From Octopus bimaculoides (taxonomy: Eukaryota): 64,000 nucleotides of DNA. Under the pieces are notes generated by a model. The model did no database searches, was not told the origin of the DNA, and saw nothing but the letters and a program-made list of their open reading frames with translations. The DNA is taken from contig NC_068982.1 in NCBI RefSeq assembly GCF_001194135.2, positions 121,052,033 through 121,116,032 on the forward strand, given 5' to 3'. The position numbers and the translations under genes are program-made. Below, one piece after another: positions 62,536 through 64,000 of the stretch; the stretch's first letter is position 1; the number at the start of each line of letters is the position of its first letter.

Positions 62536-63882
62536 GTAAGCGTATCCACTGTAGACACATGGGTCCTTTCTCACCCACCTATGTGCTTGGATCAGTGGTG
62601 GTGGTGTGTTGGTATCAGTAGGGTTGGTGGTGGTGTTGCCTTCAGTGGTGTCGGTGTTATTATTGTTGTCATTGATGTTTGTTGTGATGTAATTGTTATC
62701 TGTATTGAGAGTGGTGGTGGCAGTAGTTGTGTTATTGTTATCAGTGTTGTTATCATTAATAACAGTGTTGTCATTGATATCAGTGGTGGTGATGGTGGTG
62801 GTGGTATTACCAGTGTAATGGTACTATTTGTATCAATGGTGTTAGCCATGTTGTTTAGTGCCAAAATTTAGGACCAAAGGCTTTCATCTATGACTATCCC
62901 ATGTTAAGGTTATACTACATGTTGGGTTACATTCTTCATCATGCCCTTTCTTTTTTTAACATGGATGGCTGCTATTTGTAGGAATTTTTGCTGCTGTTTA
63001 TTAGTTGACCAAATATCTATATAGAAGTTAGCTGGTGGTGGTAGTGGTGTTATCAACGATGCTGTTAGCTATGGTGTTACTGGTGGTGTGTCACCTTACT
63101 CATTCCTGATCAAGTTGTCTTGTGGCACTGAATAAATAGTGAGGCATGGCCCACATTTCTCTTCCCATTTCTACCATGTCACCGTCTAGCTAGCTAGGAT
63201 GCAGCACCACATTCCGGACATATTTTCTCCATAGTCCTGCCTAATCTATTCTTGTACATCCCTAGATTTTAGTGGTTCCTCTAGTGGAGGGGGCAGTTAG
63301 AACACAACAGATGGTTACCAAGTGAAAAGAGGAGACAGAAATGCGGTGCAGATGGAATCATCATCTTGATTTAATATCAGTTATTCATGTTGATGCAGAT
63401 TGGATGGTTTGACATGATCCAATCCACAAAGCTATGCTGGACATATTTTAGTTTTGGCATGATTTATATGACTGAATGTCATTCCTAATTCTAACCCCTT
63501 TACAATATATACTGAGTGCTTTGTTCATGTCACTGGCACTAGAGAGGTTGCCAAATATTTTGCAAGACAGTATAAAGAAAGGGAAAAGCAAAAGCCTCAT
63601 TGACTGTGTGTGAGTGTATCTGAGAGAAGAAGCGGCTTTATGCCAAGTGTTGCTGGATAAAGTATGATGGAGGAACAAGCGAAGCTGTCTTATACTAGAG
63701 AAGATACAAGGCTACCTTGTGTTATGTGAAGGTGGCTGGGAGCAGCTAGAAAGAAGACAGATGGTGGGGATGAGGTGCTAGAGCATACTCTCAAGGTACA
63801 AGAAGGTGAGTTTAAAGGAGACTGTAGACTGGATCAGGAGGGAAGGAAAGAGTGGGTAATTCCATAAGAGCATGGGAGGAGA

Positions 63883-64000
63883 GTGAGTGATGGTTAGAGA
63901 TTGGGCTTGAGGTGAAAGTAGTGAGTGATGGTTAGAGATTGGGCTTGAGGTGAAAGTAGTGAGTGATGGTTAGAGATTGGGCTTGAGGTGAAAGTAGTGA
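63883..64000. repeat. Perfect 38-bp tandem repeat, at least 3 copies, running off the window end
   Basis: Unit GTGAGTGATGGTTAGAGATTGGGCTTGAGGTGAAAGTA starting at 63883, 63921 and 63959. Confidence 0.95.

Noticed and set aside
62377-62871. 164-aa hydrophobic ORF overlapping candidate exon 3b
   Set aside because: V/G/I richness comes from (GGT/GTT) low-complexity DNA; only the 63-nt spliceable part is credible.

Overview
AT-rich, microsatellite-dense eukaryotic draft sequence with several N gaps. The SINE, RTE and mariner families suggest a coleoid cephalopod, most likely Octopus (inference). The ORF track is almost all noise from microsatellites and N runs. The one host gene I can read is the 5' part of a folliculin-interacting protein gene (FNIP1/FNIP2 family, + strand), found by splice-site reading. 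It has a CCAAT/M-box promoter at ~14.15-14.3 kb, coding exon 1 at 15099-15181, a 35.5-kb intron, and exon 2 at 50653-50776 ([32 protein letters not shown]). Two tandemly duplicated, in-frame 63-nt candidate exons follow at 61959-62021 and 62473-62535. The rest is transposon debris: a Penelope-like remnant, two mariner remnants, RTE and CR1/Jockey-like LINE fragments, several tRNA-derived SINE families, a non-autonomous Helitron, and TTAA- and TA-type MITEs. There is also a damaged intronic tRNA-Asn. The most unusual items are the duplicated exon pair, hammerhead-ribozyme motifs with large structured stem-II insertions, and two unrelated young foldback MITEs built around TTAGGG repeats. I see no clear evidence for a new multi-gene system. 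All family assignments rest on recalled motifs, not database searches, and repeat boundaries are approximate unless TIRs or TSDs are quoted.
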